DNA of 64,000 nt from an uncultured bacterium. Its GTDB lineage: Bacteria; SAR324; NAC60-12. The position numbers and the translations under genes are program-made. Position 1 is the first letter of the stretch. Every line of letters begins with the position of its first letter. The DNA lies in NCBI GenBank assembly GCA_965662235.1, contig CBFIGY010000001.1, forward strand, positions 288,001 through 352,000. Direction: 5' to 3'. This document shows, piece by piece, positions 49,976 through 59,801 of this stretch. The notes below the pieces were generated by a model. It was given only the letters and a program-made list of their open reading frames with translations, made no database searches and had not been told where the DNA came from.

Positions 49976-51379
49976 ATGCTGAAGCGGCACAACCAAGTCT
50001 TCTTTTCCCTCCTCCGCCTTGGAGATGGAGCCCTTGCGTTTCTGGCGTGGGAGCTGGCGTATCAGCTGCGCTTTCACTGGGTCAACTGGCCGGAAGCGCC
50101 GTTTCCTCCTCCTCACCATGCGTACCTGGCTGCTGCTGGAGTGGTCGCCCTTTTGTCCATGGTCGCCTTCAGTGTTGCAGACGTGTACGAAGCGAATGGC
50201 AAACGGAGCGTGCGTCAGGAGCTGCTGACGCTGATCCGCGGCACCTTGGTACTGGTGGTGCTGGGCGTGGGAGCGGCCTTCTTCTACCGCGACTTCTCCT
50301 TCTCCCGGATGCACATCGTTTACTTCACCCCAACCCTGTTTGGGCTGCTGGTGGCGTTACGCTTCTTCATCCGGAGCCTCATGAGCTGGATGCACGCCCG
50401 GGGCAAGCACCTGGAGCGCGTCCTAGTGATCGGATCCGGAAACTCGGCTGCAGAGCTGGTGCAGAAGCTCCAGGGCCTCCGGGAAATGGGGCTGCAGCTG
50501 GAGGGCGTAGTGGAGGTCAAGGGAAAGGAAGCCTCTCAGATTCCGGAAGACGTGCGACGACTGGGAAGCCTGGAAACGGTGGCCGGAGTCATTGTGCAGA
50601 ACCGCATTGACCAGGTGTTTGTTGCGCTGTCTGCTGACGAACAGCACCGCTTGAGTGCGCTTCAGGAAGTGCTCGCCGAGCAGTGGGTGGACGTCCGGAT
50701 CGTTCCTGACCTCGGGGGCTTTCGGACGCTGCATGTGGCCGCAGAGGATTTCGAAGGCATCCCGGTGATCACGGTGGTGCAGAGTCCGCTAGAAGGGTGG
50801 AACCGGGTTTTGAAACGAAGCCTAGACCTGGTGGGAGGCCTAGCTGCCCTAGTGCTGTTTGGCCCCATCATGCTGCTGGTGGCCGCTCTGGTGAAGCTCA
50901 CCTCGCCAGGTCCCATCCTCTATCGGCAGGAGCGCATGGGACTCGACGGACGTATCTTTCAGGCCCTGAAGTTCCGGTCCATGCGGGTGGATGCCGAATC
51001 CTCGACAGGAGCCGTCTGGGCGACAGCCAATGACAACCGCCGAACCCCGATTGGGACCTTCTTGCGCAAGACCAGCCTAGACGAGCTGCCGCAGCTCTTC
51101 AACGTCCTCCGCGGAGAAATGAGCCTAGTTGGACCCCGTCCGGAACGCCCTGTCTTCATTGAACAGTTCAAAAGCAAGATTCCGGACTACATGCTCCGGC
51201 ACAAGGTGAAGGCCGGCATCACAGGGTGGGCTCAGATCAACGGCTGGCGCGGAAACACCTCGCTGGAGAAGCGCATCGAGTGCGACCTGCATTACATTGA
51301 ACACTGGTCCCTGTGGCTGGATGTGAAGATCCTCCTCCTCACCCCGTTCAAGGGGTTCATTGATAAAAACGCTTACTGA
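49976..51379 (+). CDS. wcaJ: Undecaprenyl-phosphate glucose phosphotransferase
   Basis: [33 protein letters not shown] and KAGITGWAQ motifs; N-terminal TMs. Confidence 0.9.
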   Translation: MLKRHNQVFFSLLRLGDGALAFLAWELAYQLRFHWVNWPEAPFPPPHHAYLAAAGVVALLSMVAFSVADVYEANGKRSVRQELLTLIRGTLVLVVLGVGAAFFYRDFSFSRMHIVYFTPTLFGLLVALRFFIRSLMSWMHARGKHLERVLVIGSGNSAAELVQKLQGLREMGLQLEGVVEVKGKEASQIPEDVRRLGSLETVAGVIVQNRIDQVFVALSADEQHRLSALQEVLAEQWVDVRIVPDLGGFRTLHVAAEDFEGIPVITVVQSPLEGWNRVLKRSLDLVGGLAALVLFGPIMLLVAALVKLTSPGPILYRQERMGLDGRIFQALKFRSMRVDAESSTGAVWATANDNRRTPIGTFLRKTSLDELPQLFNVLRGEMSLVGPRPERPVFIEQFKSKIPDYMLRHKVKAGITGWAQINGWRGNTSLEKRIECDLHYIEHWSLWLDVKILLLTPFKGFIDKNAY

Positions 51380-51565
51380 AGCTGCCTCCCTGCCGCTTCC
51401 GACGCCAGACGTGGGTCCGGCCACCGGTGGACGGAATATCTTGAGCTCGCACAGGAGGTGTGGCATCTTCATGTCCGCCTTCAGTCGGACGAGTGCTCCC
51501 GTCGTGATGCTCGCTCCATGACCTGCCTCCCCAGGCCAACCTCCCATCCCCCAGCTTTAACCACC

Positions 51566-54334
51566 ATGAGTGCGATTACCTTTCAGCCAGCGAGCGCTTG
51601 GCAGCAACAGTTTACCTTCGATTCGGTCAAGTGCCTGATTGTCTGCCGCGGTCCGATTCGCTTGGAAGCCATTGACGTGTTTGAGTCTTTGGGCGCCGAG
51701 TGCGGAATCCTGCTCTCCGAGAAAGACAGCATCCTCTACCCTCAGACCCTAGCTCCGGAGCTGCGTCGGTTGCAGAACCGGCACAAGCAGGTGCACCACG
51801 TTCCGGACTACATTGGCACCACTCGCGAGGAACGGGTGGCGCGGATGGAGCAGATTGTCGACATTGCTCTGAGCAACGGCTACACCCACGTGTTTGCCGG
51901 ATACGGTTTCATGGCGGAAGACGCAGAGTTTGTGAAGCGGATTGAGGAGGCCGGGCTGTCGTTTGTCGGGCCCAATTCGTCGGTGATCCGCAACGCGGGT
52001 TCCAAAGATGAAGCAAAGCAGCTGGCGCGTCGGTTGGGCGTTTCGGTGACGCCGGGAGAGGACCGCATCACCGCCCGGACGCTGCTGCAGAAGGCTGCAG
52101 GCGACCCGCAGGCATTCCTCCGGGAGCAGGTGCAGCAACACGGCTTGGAGCCTGCGTCCGGATGGGATCAAGGGGAGCTGATCGACCAGGCAGAGGCGGT
52201 GCTGCAGGCGTCTTATCAGAAGCGGGTGGACCTGTTTTCTATGGAGGAATTGCAGCGTGAGACGGAGCGCTGCGTCACTGAAATCTGGAAGGACAACCCC
52301 GGCAAGCGCATCCGCTTGAAGCACATTGGCGGCGGCGGCGGTAAGGGGCAGCGGGTGGTCTCGAAGCCGGAAGAGGTTGCTGAGGCCGTGAAGGCGGTGC
52401 TGATTGAATCACGTGCCACCGGAGTAGGCGACAACAAGACGTTTTTGGTGGAACTGAACATTGAAAACACGCGGCACAACGAGGTGCAGCTTCTGGGGAA
52501 CGGAGAGTGGTGCCTAGAGCTCGGAGGGCGAGACTGTTCACTGCAGATGCATGAGCAGAAGCTCCTCGAGGTCTCCCTGACAGAGGAACTGCTCGAGGCT
52601 GAGATCGCCCGCTACGAAGCTCAGGGACAGACTGGCAAGGCCCAGGTGCTCCGCCGCGATCTGGAGATGGTCCAGGCGATGTGCCAGCAGGCTGCTGACT
52701 TCGGGTCGGCGATAGGCCTCGACTCGGCCTCGACCTTTGAGTGCATTGTGGAAGACGACCGGCATTACTTCATGGAGGTGAACACCCGGATTCAGGTGGA
52801 GCACCGGGTGACCGAAATGGCCTACTCCCTCAGGTTCTGCAATCCAGAAGATCCGGAGGACAGCTTTACCACCGATTCTCTGGTGGCTGCGATGCTCCTC
52901 ATTGCCTGCCATGGCAAGCAGGTGCCTCGGCCGGAGCGGGTGCCGCGCAACGTCTCGGGCGTGGAAGCCCGCATCAATGCCACCAATCCTGCCCTGAAGC
53001 CCCATGCCGGCGGAATCCTGCGGTTCTGGACGGAGCCTTCGGAGTGGGAGCTGCGAGACGACCAGGGCATCGGTATCCGGAATCCCGACACCCACCTGCT
53101 CCAGCCTTACAACCTGGCAGGAGCCTATGATTCCAACGTGTCGCTCTCTGTCACCTGGGGTGAGTCGCGGCAAGAGAGCTTTGAGCGCCTGGCTGAGGTG
53201 CTCCGGACCACAGAGGTGCGGGGAACGGACCTGCACCTCAACATGGACTTTCACTACGGGTTGCTCTACTGGCTGATGGGCAACGACGCGATGGCGAAGC
53301 CCAACACCCGATTTGTGCAGGCGTACCTGGCGCTGGCGGGAAAGATGAAGCACGAGGCCAACTCGCTCAACCTAGAGATCGCTTGGGACGCGGTGCGGCA
53401 AACCATCCGCCAGGATCAGGGCCCAGACAGCGTTGCTCTCTTTGAGGCCAAGCAGACCCTTTTGCTCCGGCCACTCAAGCGGCTATTGGAAAACGCTCAC
53501 CTGCTGATGGGCTGGCTGGCTCCACGTCCGGACCGGCGTTGGAACTTCGGCGCTGACTCCTTTACCTGGAAGCGGAATCCGCTGGAGGTGCTGGCGGACC
53601 TGTACCACTACCTGAGGCTGGAGGAGCACTCGAACACGCCTCCGAGTGAGCAGATTTGGAAAGGAGACCAAGCCCTGCTGCAGCGTGGACTCAGCTTTTA
53701 TGCCACCCTGCAGGAGCGTCTGGGTGGGCCCGGGTGGGAGGAACTGTGCACGCAGCTCAAGGCGGACGCCGCCCCGGCGGGGTTTGCCTCCGCAGGCGAC
53801 CCGGAAGACCTGTGGGAGCAGGTGCAGGGCGCGCACGTGGGCTTCCAGCTGGGACTCGAGCTGCTTCAGCTTCCAGTCGCGCTGGGACGGTTCGCCGGTT
53901 ACTATGAGTTCCAAGGAACCGAAACGCTGGACGTCCAGGTTCCGGAAGAGTTTCAGAAGGGGGATCAGGTGGACGAGTACCTGACCGCTCTGGCGCCTCC
54001 GCCTCCTGCTGCCAGCGACGAGGTGCTCGCCTGGACCGGAGGCACCTTCTACTCCAAGGAGACCCCGGAGGCGGAGGATTATGTGTCCGAAGGAGACCAC
54101 GTGGAGGTCGGAGACGTTTTGGGGCTGCTTGAGGTCATGAAGATGTTCAATCCCATCCGGGCCGAATTTTCGGGCACCATCCGCGAGGTTTGTGTCCGAG
54201 GAGAAGGGGGACAGGTGGTGGCCCGTGGGCAGAAGCTGTTTCAGGTGGATCCGGATGTGGCCCTGGTTCAGGAGTCGGAAGCGGAGAAGATGGCCCGTGA
54301 ACGGACGGCCACGGAACGGCTCCTGTTCTGGTGA
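51566..54334 (+). CDS. Biotin carboxylase-biotin carrier fusion (acyl-CoA carboxylase alpha-type) with insertions
   Basis: CRGPI, AGYGFMAE, GGGGKG, RDCSLQ, FMEVNTRIQVEH, EARIN, YDS and biotinylation EVMKM motifs; start ATG 51566. Confidence 0.88.
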   Translation: MSAITFQPASAWQQQFTFDSVKCLIVCRGPIRLEAIDVFESLGAECGILLSEKDSILYPQTLAPELRRLQNRHKQVHHVPDYIGTTREERVARMEQIVDIALSNGYTHVFAGYGFMAEDAEFVKRIEEAGLSFVGPNSSVIRNAGSKDEAKQLARRLGVSVTPGEDRITARTLLQKAAGDPQAFLREQVQQHGLEPASGWDQGELIDQAEAVLQASYQKRVDLFSMEELQRETERCVTEIWKDNPGKRIRLKHIGGGGGKGQRVVSKPEEVAEAVKAVLIESRATGVGDNKTFLVELNIENTRHNEVQLLGNGEWCLELGGRDCSLQMHEQKLLEVSLTEELLEAEIARYEAQGQTGKAQVLRRDLEMVQAMCQQAADFGSAIGLDSASTFECIVEDDRHYFMEVNTRIQVEHRVTEMAYSLRFCNPEDPEDSFTTDSLVAAMLLIACHGKQVPRPERVPRNVSGVEARINATNPALKPHAGGILRFWTEPSEWELRDDQGIGIRNPDTHLLQPYNLAGAYDSNVSLSVTWGESRQESFERLAEVLRTTEVRGTDLHLNMDFHYGLLYWLMGNDAMAKPNTRFVQAYLALAGKMKHEANSLNLEIAWDAVRQTIRQDQGPDSVALFEAKQTLLLRPLKRLLENAHLLMGWLAPRPDRRWNFGADSFTWKRNPLEVLADLYHYLRLEEHSNTPPSEQIWKGDQALLQRGLSFYATLQERLGGPGWEELCTQLKADAAPAGFASAGDPEDLWEQVQGAHVGFQLGLELLQLPVALGRFAGYYEFQGTETLDVQVPEEFQKGDQVDEYLTALAPPPPAASDEVLAWTGGTFYSKETPEAEDYVSEGDHVEVGDVLGLLEVMKMFNPIRAEFSGTIREVCVRGEGGQVVARGQKLFQVDPDVALVQESEAEKMARERTATERLLFW

Positions 54335-54465
54335 AGTGGCTAGAATTTCGCATGGCAGGGGAGAGGTGAAGGCGCAGTTGCGTTTGTCCACAGGTTACAA
54401 TGCCAATGCGTACGGGAGTCGGCTGAGTCGCCGCTCGAAAGAGGCGCTGTTCAAGGAGATTATGA

Positions 54466-56343
54466 ATGAGTCCAGGTAAGCTTATCCTCAGTTTGGGCCT
54501 GAGCCTGCTCCCATGGGGGGTGTGGGCCCAGAGCACGTCCCAAGCCGAAGGGCAATGGTATGCCGTGCAGCCTCAGCAGATGCGCTCGGTTGCCGCTGAT
54601 GCCGTACTGGAGCACATGCGCGCCACCGGAGGCGTTGAGGACTTCTACCGCATTCCACCACAGGAAATCGACTGGCTGACTGAAATGGCCACGGTGGAGC
54701 AAGACTGGAAGGTGGAGCTGCAGAACCGGGAAGGCCGGTACCGAGAAGCGCTGAATGAAGTGGTCCTCAGCCAGATCAAGCGCCGCAACTGGGAGATGCT
54801 CCGCAAGCAGTACAACGACGCGGTGGTGACCCTGAAGCGCCACATTGGCACCCTGAACCGTCAGCTGGCGGAAATCGACAAGGAGGAAAAGGACTACCTC
54901 GTGGGGCTGGATCAGCTGACGATGACAGCACTGGTGGCCGTTCGGGTGCCTTACACGGAAGACCTTCCTGCCCGCCTGAAGCAACAGAACCTTGGAGACC
55001 AGATCTTTGCGGGCTCGGCTCAGGTGGCGCAGATGCACCTGAAGGAACAGTACTCGGCCCGGGTCGTGGTGCCCTTCCAGGCCGGAGTCCTCCGGACCAC
55101 CTACCTTTATCCTGAAAACATCTCCCGCTTTGATCCGGAAGCTGGAGAGTACGTTTACCTTTTTCATGCTGTGGAACTCAGCCCCTTCGCCCGGACCAAA
55201 GCCAGCTCGCTGGAGTCGCCTGCACAGTCAGAAGCCGCCATCCGCGTCTTCAGCACTGCGGAGGAGGTCCGGAACTACCTCCAGAAGGAGCGCGTGGGCG
55301 ACCAGCGGTTGCTGAACTGGGCCCAGGGAGAACTGGCCTACCAGTCCATGCAGAACGACCACACCATTGAGCAGATCGTCTCGCGCCTCGATTACTTCCA
55401 GATGCGCCGACGGGGACCACGTCAGATGATTCAGCAGACCCTGGATCAGATTCAGGAGCTGGAGAAGCAACGTGACAGCCTCCCGGATGACAGCGCTCTT
55501 GAGGAAAAGCTCAACGCCCTCAAACAGGCGGAGATCGCCTACCGTCAGCATTACTCCACTCGGGTTGTGCCGGGCTATGAAAAGTACACCATGGAGTACG
55601 ACATGATGTACTTCAGCAACAAACCGGCCCAAGGCGTGAAGCAATCGGTCCCGGTGGTGAAGTCCACGCAGGGCAAGGGAGAGGCACTGATTGAGCTACC
55701 GATCAACAGCCGGAAGCTTCAGGACATCTACCGCGACATGCTGGACTCGGCCTTCACGCGCAAGGGGGCTCTGGAGGTCAGCGACGAGCAGCCCATCTAC
55801 CGGGTGAATGACGATCTCAGCGGCATGGAGGAAGGCAAACTGCGCTGGAAGGTCGCTTCTCAGGAGTTCCAGATTCTGAAAATTGCCCGAGGCAACATTG
55901 GCTCCCGGAGCCAGTACGCGCTGCACCTAGCCACCCGCGCCAATTTGCAGAGCAATCCCCAGTTTCCTCCTCGTCGGTACGGAACCTGTGACTTCACCAT
56001 CTACTTCGGGGGACAGGACTACTCCCTTGATGAAGAGGACAAACGGACCCTAGAAAAGGCGGTCAGCTGCCTACGGCGTTACTCTCGGCAACCCGTGGAA
56101 ATTGTGGGGCATACCGATCATCGGCAGGTCCGGAATGAAAAAGCTGGCGTGGACAACAACGTGAAGTTGGGCATGCTCCGGGCTTCCACGGTCTTTGACT
56201 ACTTTGCCGCCCGGGGCTTCAACTCCCGGCGCTTTGAGGTTTCCAGCATGGGCTCCCGACAGCCGGCGGTGCGTGCGAAGAACGAGGACGACCTGAGCAA
56301 AAACCGAAGGGTGCGCATCCTGTCGCTTCCTCCGAAGCGCTGA
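54466..56343 (+). CDS. Exported coiled-coil protein with C-terminal OmpA/MotB peptidoglycan-binding domain
   Basis: Signal peptide; IVGHTD, NVKLGMLRA and KNRRV motifs. Confidence 0.8.
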   Translation: MSPGKLILSLGLSLLPWGVWAQSTSQAEGQWYAVQPQQMRSVAADAVLEHMRATGGVEDFYRIPPQEIDWLTEMATVEQDWKVELQNREGRYREALNEVVLSQIKRRNWEMLRKQYNDAVVTLKRHIGTLNRQLAEIDKEEKDYLVGLDQLTMTALVAVRVPYTEDLPARLKQQNLGDQIFAGSAQVAQMHLKEQYSARVVVPFQAGVLRTTYLYPENISRFDPEAGEYVYLFHAVELSPFARTKASSLESPAQSEAAIRVFSTAEEVRNYLQKERVGDQRLLNWAQGELAYQSMQNDHTIEQIVSRLDYFQMRRRGPRQMIQQTLDQIQELEKQRDSLPDDSALEEKLNALKQAEIAYRQHYSTRVVPGYEKYTMEYDMMYFSNKPAQGVKQSVPVVKSTQGKGEALIELPINSRKLQDIYRDMLDSAFTRKGALEVSDEQPIYRVNDDLSGMEEGKLRWKVASQEFQILKIARGNIGSRSQYALHLATRANLQSNPQFPPRRYGTCDFTIYFGGQDYSLDEEDKRTLEKAVSCLRRYSRQPVEIVGHTDHRQVRNEKAGVDNNVKLGMLRASTVFDYFAARGFNSRRFEVSSMGSRQPAVRAKNEDDLSKNRRVRILSLPPKR

Positions 56344-56368
56344 GGGACCGCCCGTCCGACAGATTTTT

Positions 56369-56396
56369 TTGAATTGGCCTGTTTTTTTGCTAAACT
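56369..56396 (+). promoter_or_regulatory. Putative sigma70 promoter for def
   Basis: TTGAAT-16 bp-TAAACT with an extended -10 TG. Confidence 0.4.
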
Positions 56397-56429
56397 GAAG
56401 CACTGTTTTTTACCCAACTGAGGTACATC

Positions 56430-56948
56430 ATGGCGCTTTTAGAGATCTACACCTTTCCGAATCCGATTCTGAAGCAGAAGGCCCAGCCGGTTACCGTCTT
56501 TGACGAGTCCCTTCAGGAAACGGCGGCCTCCATGCTGGAGACGATGTATGCGTCCAACGGCATTGGGCTCGCCTCCATCCAGGTGGGCATTCCGAAGCAG
56601 CTGGTCGTGGTGGACATCATGGCGGGCTCAGAAGATCCGGATGACTTCGAGCCTCACGTCTTTGTGAATCCGCAGATCACGGACCGTCAGGGGGAGACCA
56701 TTTCGGAAGAAGGCTGCCTGAGCGTGACCGAATTCCGGGCGGAGGTGAAGCGAGCCGAGTGGATCCGCTTGGAGTATCAGGACCTGCAGGGCACGCATCA
56801 GGTGCTGGAAGCCGACGGCCTCCTTGCCATCTGCATCCAACACGAGCTGGACCACCTCAACGGCGTCCTCTTCATTGATCACCTGCCTCCGATCAAGCAG
56901 AAGATGGTCAAGAAGCGCCTTTCCAAACTTGCTGCTCAAGCCGCCTGA
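56430..56948 (+). CDS. def: Peptide deformylase
   Basis: GIGLA..QVG, EGCLS and QHELDHLNG motifs. Confidence 0.97.
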   Translation: MALLEIYTFPNPILKQKAQPVTVFDESLQETAASMLETMYASNGIGLASIQVGIPKQLVVVDIMAGSEDPDDFEPHVFVNPQITDRQGETISEEGCLSVTEFRAEVKRAEWIRLEYQDLQGTHQVLEADGLLAICIQHELDHLNGVLFIDHLPPIKQKMVKKRLSKLAAQAA

Positions 56949-57385
56949 TGCCTCGACTGCTGGGGCTTCTGCTCCTGTTGCTGCTTCCGTTTTCTCAGCT
57001 TGAGGCATTTGAGTACGCCCAAGGTCGGGTCCGGACCCCCTCTGGAGACACCCTCCGCGTTCAGATTGCCGACACACCGCAGAAGCGCGCCTTGGGACTG
57101 GGCCAACGCGATCAGCTCGCGGAAGGCACCGGAATGCTTTTCGTCTTCAGCCAGAACGAGCGCCACTCCTTCTGGATGAAGGGCATGCGCTTTTCCCTAG
57201 ACATCCTCTGGATCCACAATCAGCGCATCGTGCACATCGCCCGCAACGTGCCTCCTCCGGCTCCCGGAGAGCGTCCTGTGACGGTTGAACCAGACGTCGC
57301 AGCCAACTTCGTGCTCGAGATTCCCGCCAACACCTCCGACTCCTTGGGGTTGGTGGTCGGTGAGTCCGTCGAGCTGGAGTTTTAG
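56948..57385 (+). CDS. DUF192 family protein
   Basis: IADT..RALGL, GMLFVF, FWMK..LDI and VLEI motifs. Confidence 0.9.
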   Translation: MPRLLGLLLLLLLPFSQLEAFEYAQGRVRTPSGDTLRVQIADTPQKRALGLGQRDQLAEGTGMLFVFSQNERHSFWMKGMRFSLDILWIHNQRIVHIARNVPPPAPGERPVTVEPDVAANFVLEIPANTSDSLGLVVGESVELEF

Positions 57386-57704
57386 TCACCCAATTTTCTC
57401 CCCTTTTTTCTTTCCGCAACGGTCTTCTTACGCGATTCTTCCGGATCGTGCCCAAACCGGAGTCTAACTCTGTTTTTATGATAAATTTCTATCAAAATGA
57501 TATTTTTGCCAAAAGTGGGGAAGGATTCGGTGATGGGTTTATCATCTTGAGGGCCTAACGGGGGATTCTCTTGGGTGAGATTGTCAAAATAATATTTTGA
57601 TTTCAAAGGGTTAAGTTAATTCCAAAGGGGGTGGGGGATCCGGTATGTTCCTTGCCGAAGGAGTAGAGAAGCAAAAAGATCAACCCCTCGATGAGATGAC
57701 CCGT

Positions 57705-59009
57705 ATGAGAATTGCCATCATTGGCACTGGAATTTCCGGAATGACCGTTGCGCACCTGCTGCACCCGGAGCATGAGCTGACCATCTTTGAAGCGGGCGCT
57801 TATGCAGGGGGGCACACCAACACGGTGCAGGTGGAGAAGGACAGTGGCGTGTACGCGGTGGATACGGGCTTCATCGTCCATAACGACTGGACGTACCCGC
57901 ACTACATGAAGCTGCTGGAGCAGATTGGCATTGAGTCGCTGCCCACGGAGATGAGCTTCAGTGTCTCCAACGAAATCACCGGGTTGGAGTACAATGGGCA
58001 CACCCTAGACACGCTCTTTGCGCAGCGGCTGAACCTGGTGCGCCCTTCCTTCTGGAGCATGATTCGGGAGATCCTTCGCTTCAACCGAGAGGTGGTGGAG
58101 CATGAGCAGGAAGTGGGAGAAATGCTCCTCAAGGACTACCTGGAGCAGCACCGATACTCAGCGCTCTTTCAAGAGAACTACATTGTCCCCATGGCTGCAG
58201 CCATTTGGTCGGCGAGCACCCGGCAGATTCAGGAATTTCCGATGCGGACCTTCATCCGCTTCTTCCGGAATCATGGGCTGCTGAACGTGAGCAACCGTCC
58301 GCAGTGGCGGGTTATCCGGGGGGGCTCTCAGGCTTACATGCAGCAACTGGTGGCTCCGTTCCGGCAGCAAATCCGGCTCAACACTCTGGTGCAGGGCGTC
58401 CGGCGTTTTCCCACCCATGTTGAGGTGCAGACCGAGTCTGGCCGAGAGCGTTTTGATGCGCTGATCGTTGCGACACACAGCGACCAGGCTCTGGCGATGC
58501 TGCAGGACCCGAGCATCAGCGAGCGTGAAATCCTGAGCAGCATTCCCTACCAGTCAAATGAAGCGGTGCTGCATGAAGACACGAGCCTGATGCCTCGGAG
58601 TCGAAAGGCCTGGGCCAGCTGGAACGTCCGCATCACGCCTGAGCTGCAGGAGCATCCGGAGTATCCGGTGGCTGTGACGTACAACATGAACATCCTCCAG
58701 CACCTCAACCCGGAGCAGCCCTTCCTCGTGACCCTGAATGAAACGAGTCGCATTGCTCCGGAGAAGGTGATCAAGCGCATTCAGTACGCGCATCCGGTGT
58801 TTACCGATGAAGGCGTCCGAGCCCAACGGCGGCATGCTGAGATCAACGGGGTCAACCGCACCTACTTCTGCGGCGCTTACTGGCGATACGGCTTCCATGA
58901 AGACGGCGTCATCAGCGGCCTGCGGGTGGCAGAGTACTTTGGCAAGTCCCTAGATGGCGACATTCCGGTGCGTCTCCCCGAATTGGGAACCCTGAAGGCC
59001 AGCGCATGA
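57705..59009 (+). CDS. FAD-dependent oxidoreductase (COG2907 / UfaD-like fatty acyl desaturase)
   Basis: [33 protein letters not shown] and GFHEDG motifs. Confidence 0.88.
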   Translation: MRIAIIGTGISGMTVAHLLHPEHELTIFEAGAYAGGHTNTVQVEKDSGVYAVDTGFIVHNDWTYPHYMKLLEQIGIESLPTEMSFSVSNEITGLEYNGHTLDTLFAQRLNLVRPSFWSMIREILRFNREVVEHEQEVGEMLLKDYLEQHRYSALFQENYIVPMAAAIWSASTRQIQEFPMRTFIRFFRNHGLLNVSNRPQWRVIRGGSQAYMQQLVAPFRQQIRLNTLVQGVRRFPTHVEVQTESGRERFDALIVATHSDQALAMLQDPSISEREILSSIPYQSNEAVLHEDTSLMPRSRKAWASWNVRITPELQEHPEYPVAVTYNMNILQHLNPEQPFLVTLNETSRIAPEKVIKRIQYAHPVFTDEGVRAQRRHAEINGVNRTYFCGAYWRYGFHEDGVISGLRVAEYFGKSLDGDIPVRLPELGTLKASA

Positions 59010-59794
59010 AGAGTGCCCTCTACAAGGGGTGGGTCCGGCACCGTCGGTTTTCCCCCAAGGAGCACCACTTCCGCTACCCCGTGTTCATGACGTACTTGGA
59101 TCTGGGGGAGCTGGAGGAGGCGTTTCAGCGGTCTCCGCTGTGGTCACTGAAGAAGGGGGCGTTGGTGCGGTTCCGCCGAGACGACTTTCATGGTGACCCG
59201 AAGCTACCGCTGGAGGAAGCGGTCCGGAACACCGTCGAAGAGCGGCTGGGCTTTCGTCCGGAAGGACCGGTGCGCCTGTTGGCCAACCTGCGGTGCCTGG
59301 GGCTGGTGTTCAATCCGGCGTCTTTCTACTACTGCTTTGGCAAGGATGGAGAGACAGTTGAGGCGTTGATGGTGGAGGTCACCAACACTCCTTGGGGCGA
59401 GCGGCACGCGTATGTGCTGGACCACCGGACCCCAAGCACCGCCAGCGGCTCCCGACGCCGGATGCACTTCGAATTCTCCAAGGTCTTTCACGTCTCCCCC
59501 TTCATGGAGATGGACCACGTCTACCACTGTGATTTTACTCTGCCTGCGCGCGCCTTGACCGTGCATATGGAAAATCATCAGCACGGCCACCGCAAGTTTG
59601 ATGCGACCCTGACGCTCAAGCGTCATGAGTGGACTGCATCGAACTTGAACCGCGCCCTGTTGCAGTTTCCTTGGATGACTGCACAGGTGCTGGGAGGTAT
59701 CTACTGGCAAGCCCTTCGACTGTGGCTCAAGCGCCTGAAGTACCAACCCCATCCGGGAGGCCTGGTGCCTCCTGCCTCCTCACCAACCACCTAA
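59006..59794 (+). CDS. DUF1365 family protein (UfaO-like)
   Basis: [34 protein letters not shown] and IYWQALRLW motifs. Confidence 0.9.
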   Translation: MKSALYKGWVRHRRFSPKEHHFRYPVFMTYLDLGELEEAFQRSPLWSLKKGALVRFRRDDFHGDPKLPLEEAVRNTVEERLGFRPEGPVRLLANLRCLGLVFNPASFYYCFGKDGETVEALMVEVTNTPWGERHAYVLDHRTPSTASGSRRRMHFEFSKVFHVSPFMEMDHVYHCDFTLPARALTVHMENHQHGHRKFDATLTLKRHEWTASNLNRALLQFPWMTAQVLGGIYWQALRLWLKRLKYQPHPGGLVPPASSPTT

Positions 59795-59801
59795 ACGCAC
59801 G

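Noticed and set aside
51380..51565. GC-rich 186-bp gap as a possible ncRNA or riboswitch
   Set aside because: No recognisable family motif or convincing long stem; an Rfam/Infernal search would be needed.
54384..54392. TTGTCCACA, a near-canonical DnaA box
   Set aside because: A single isolated copy, expected by chance.
57382..57606. 74-aa minus-strand ORF in the AT-rich gap
   Set aside because: TTG start, atypical composition, and it overlaps likely regulatory palindromes.
57636..57665. Possible sigmaE/ChrR-type promoter (GGATC...AGTA) before the fatty acid operon
   Set aside because: Mismatches in both elements and off spacing; not supportable.
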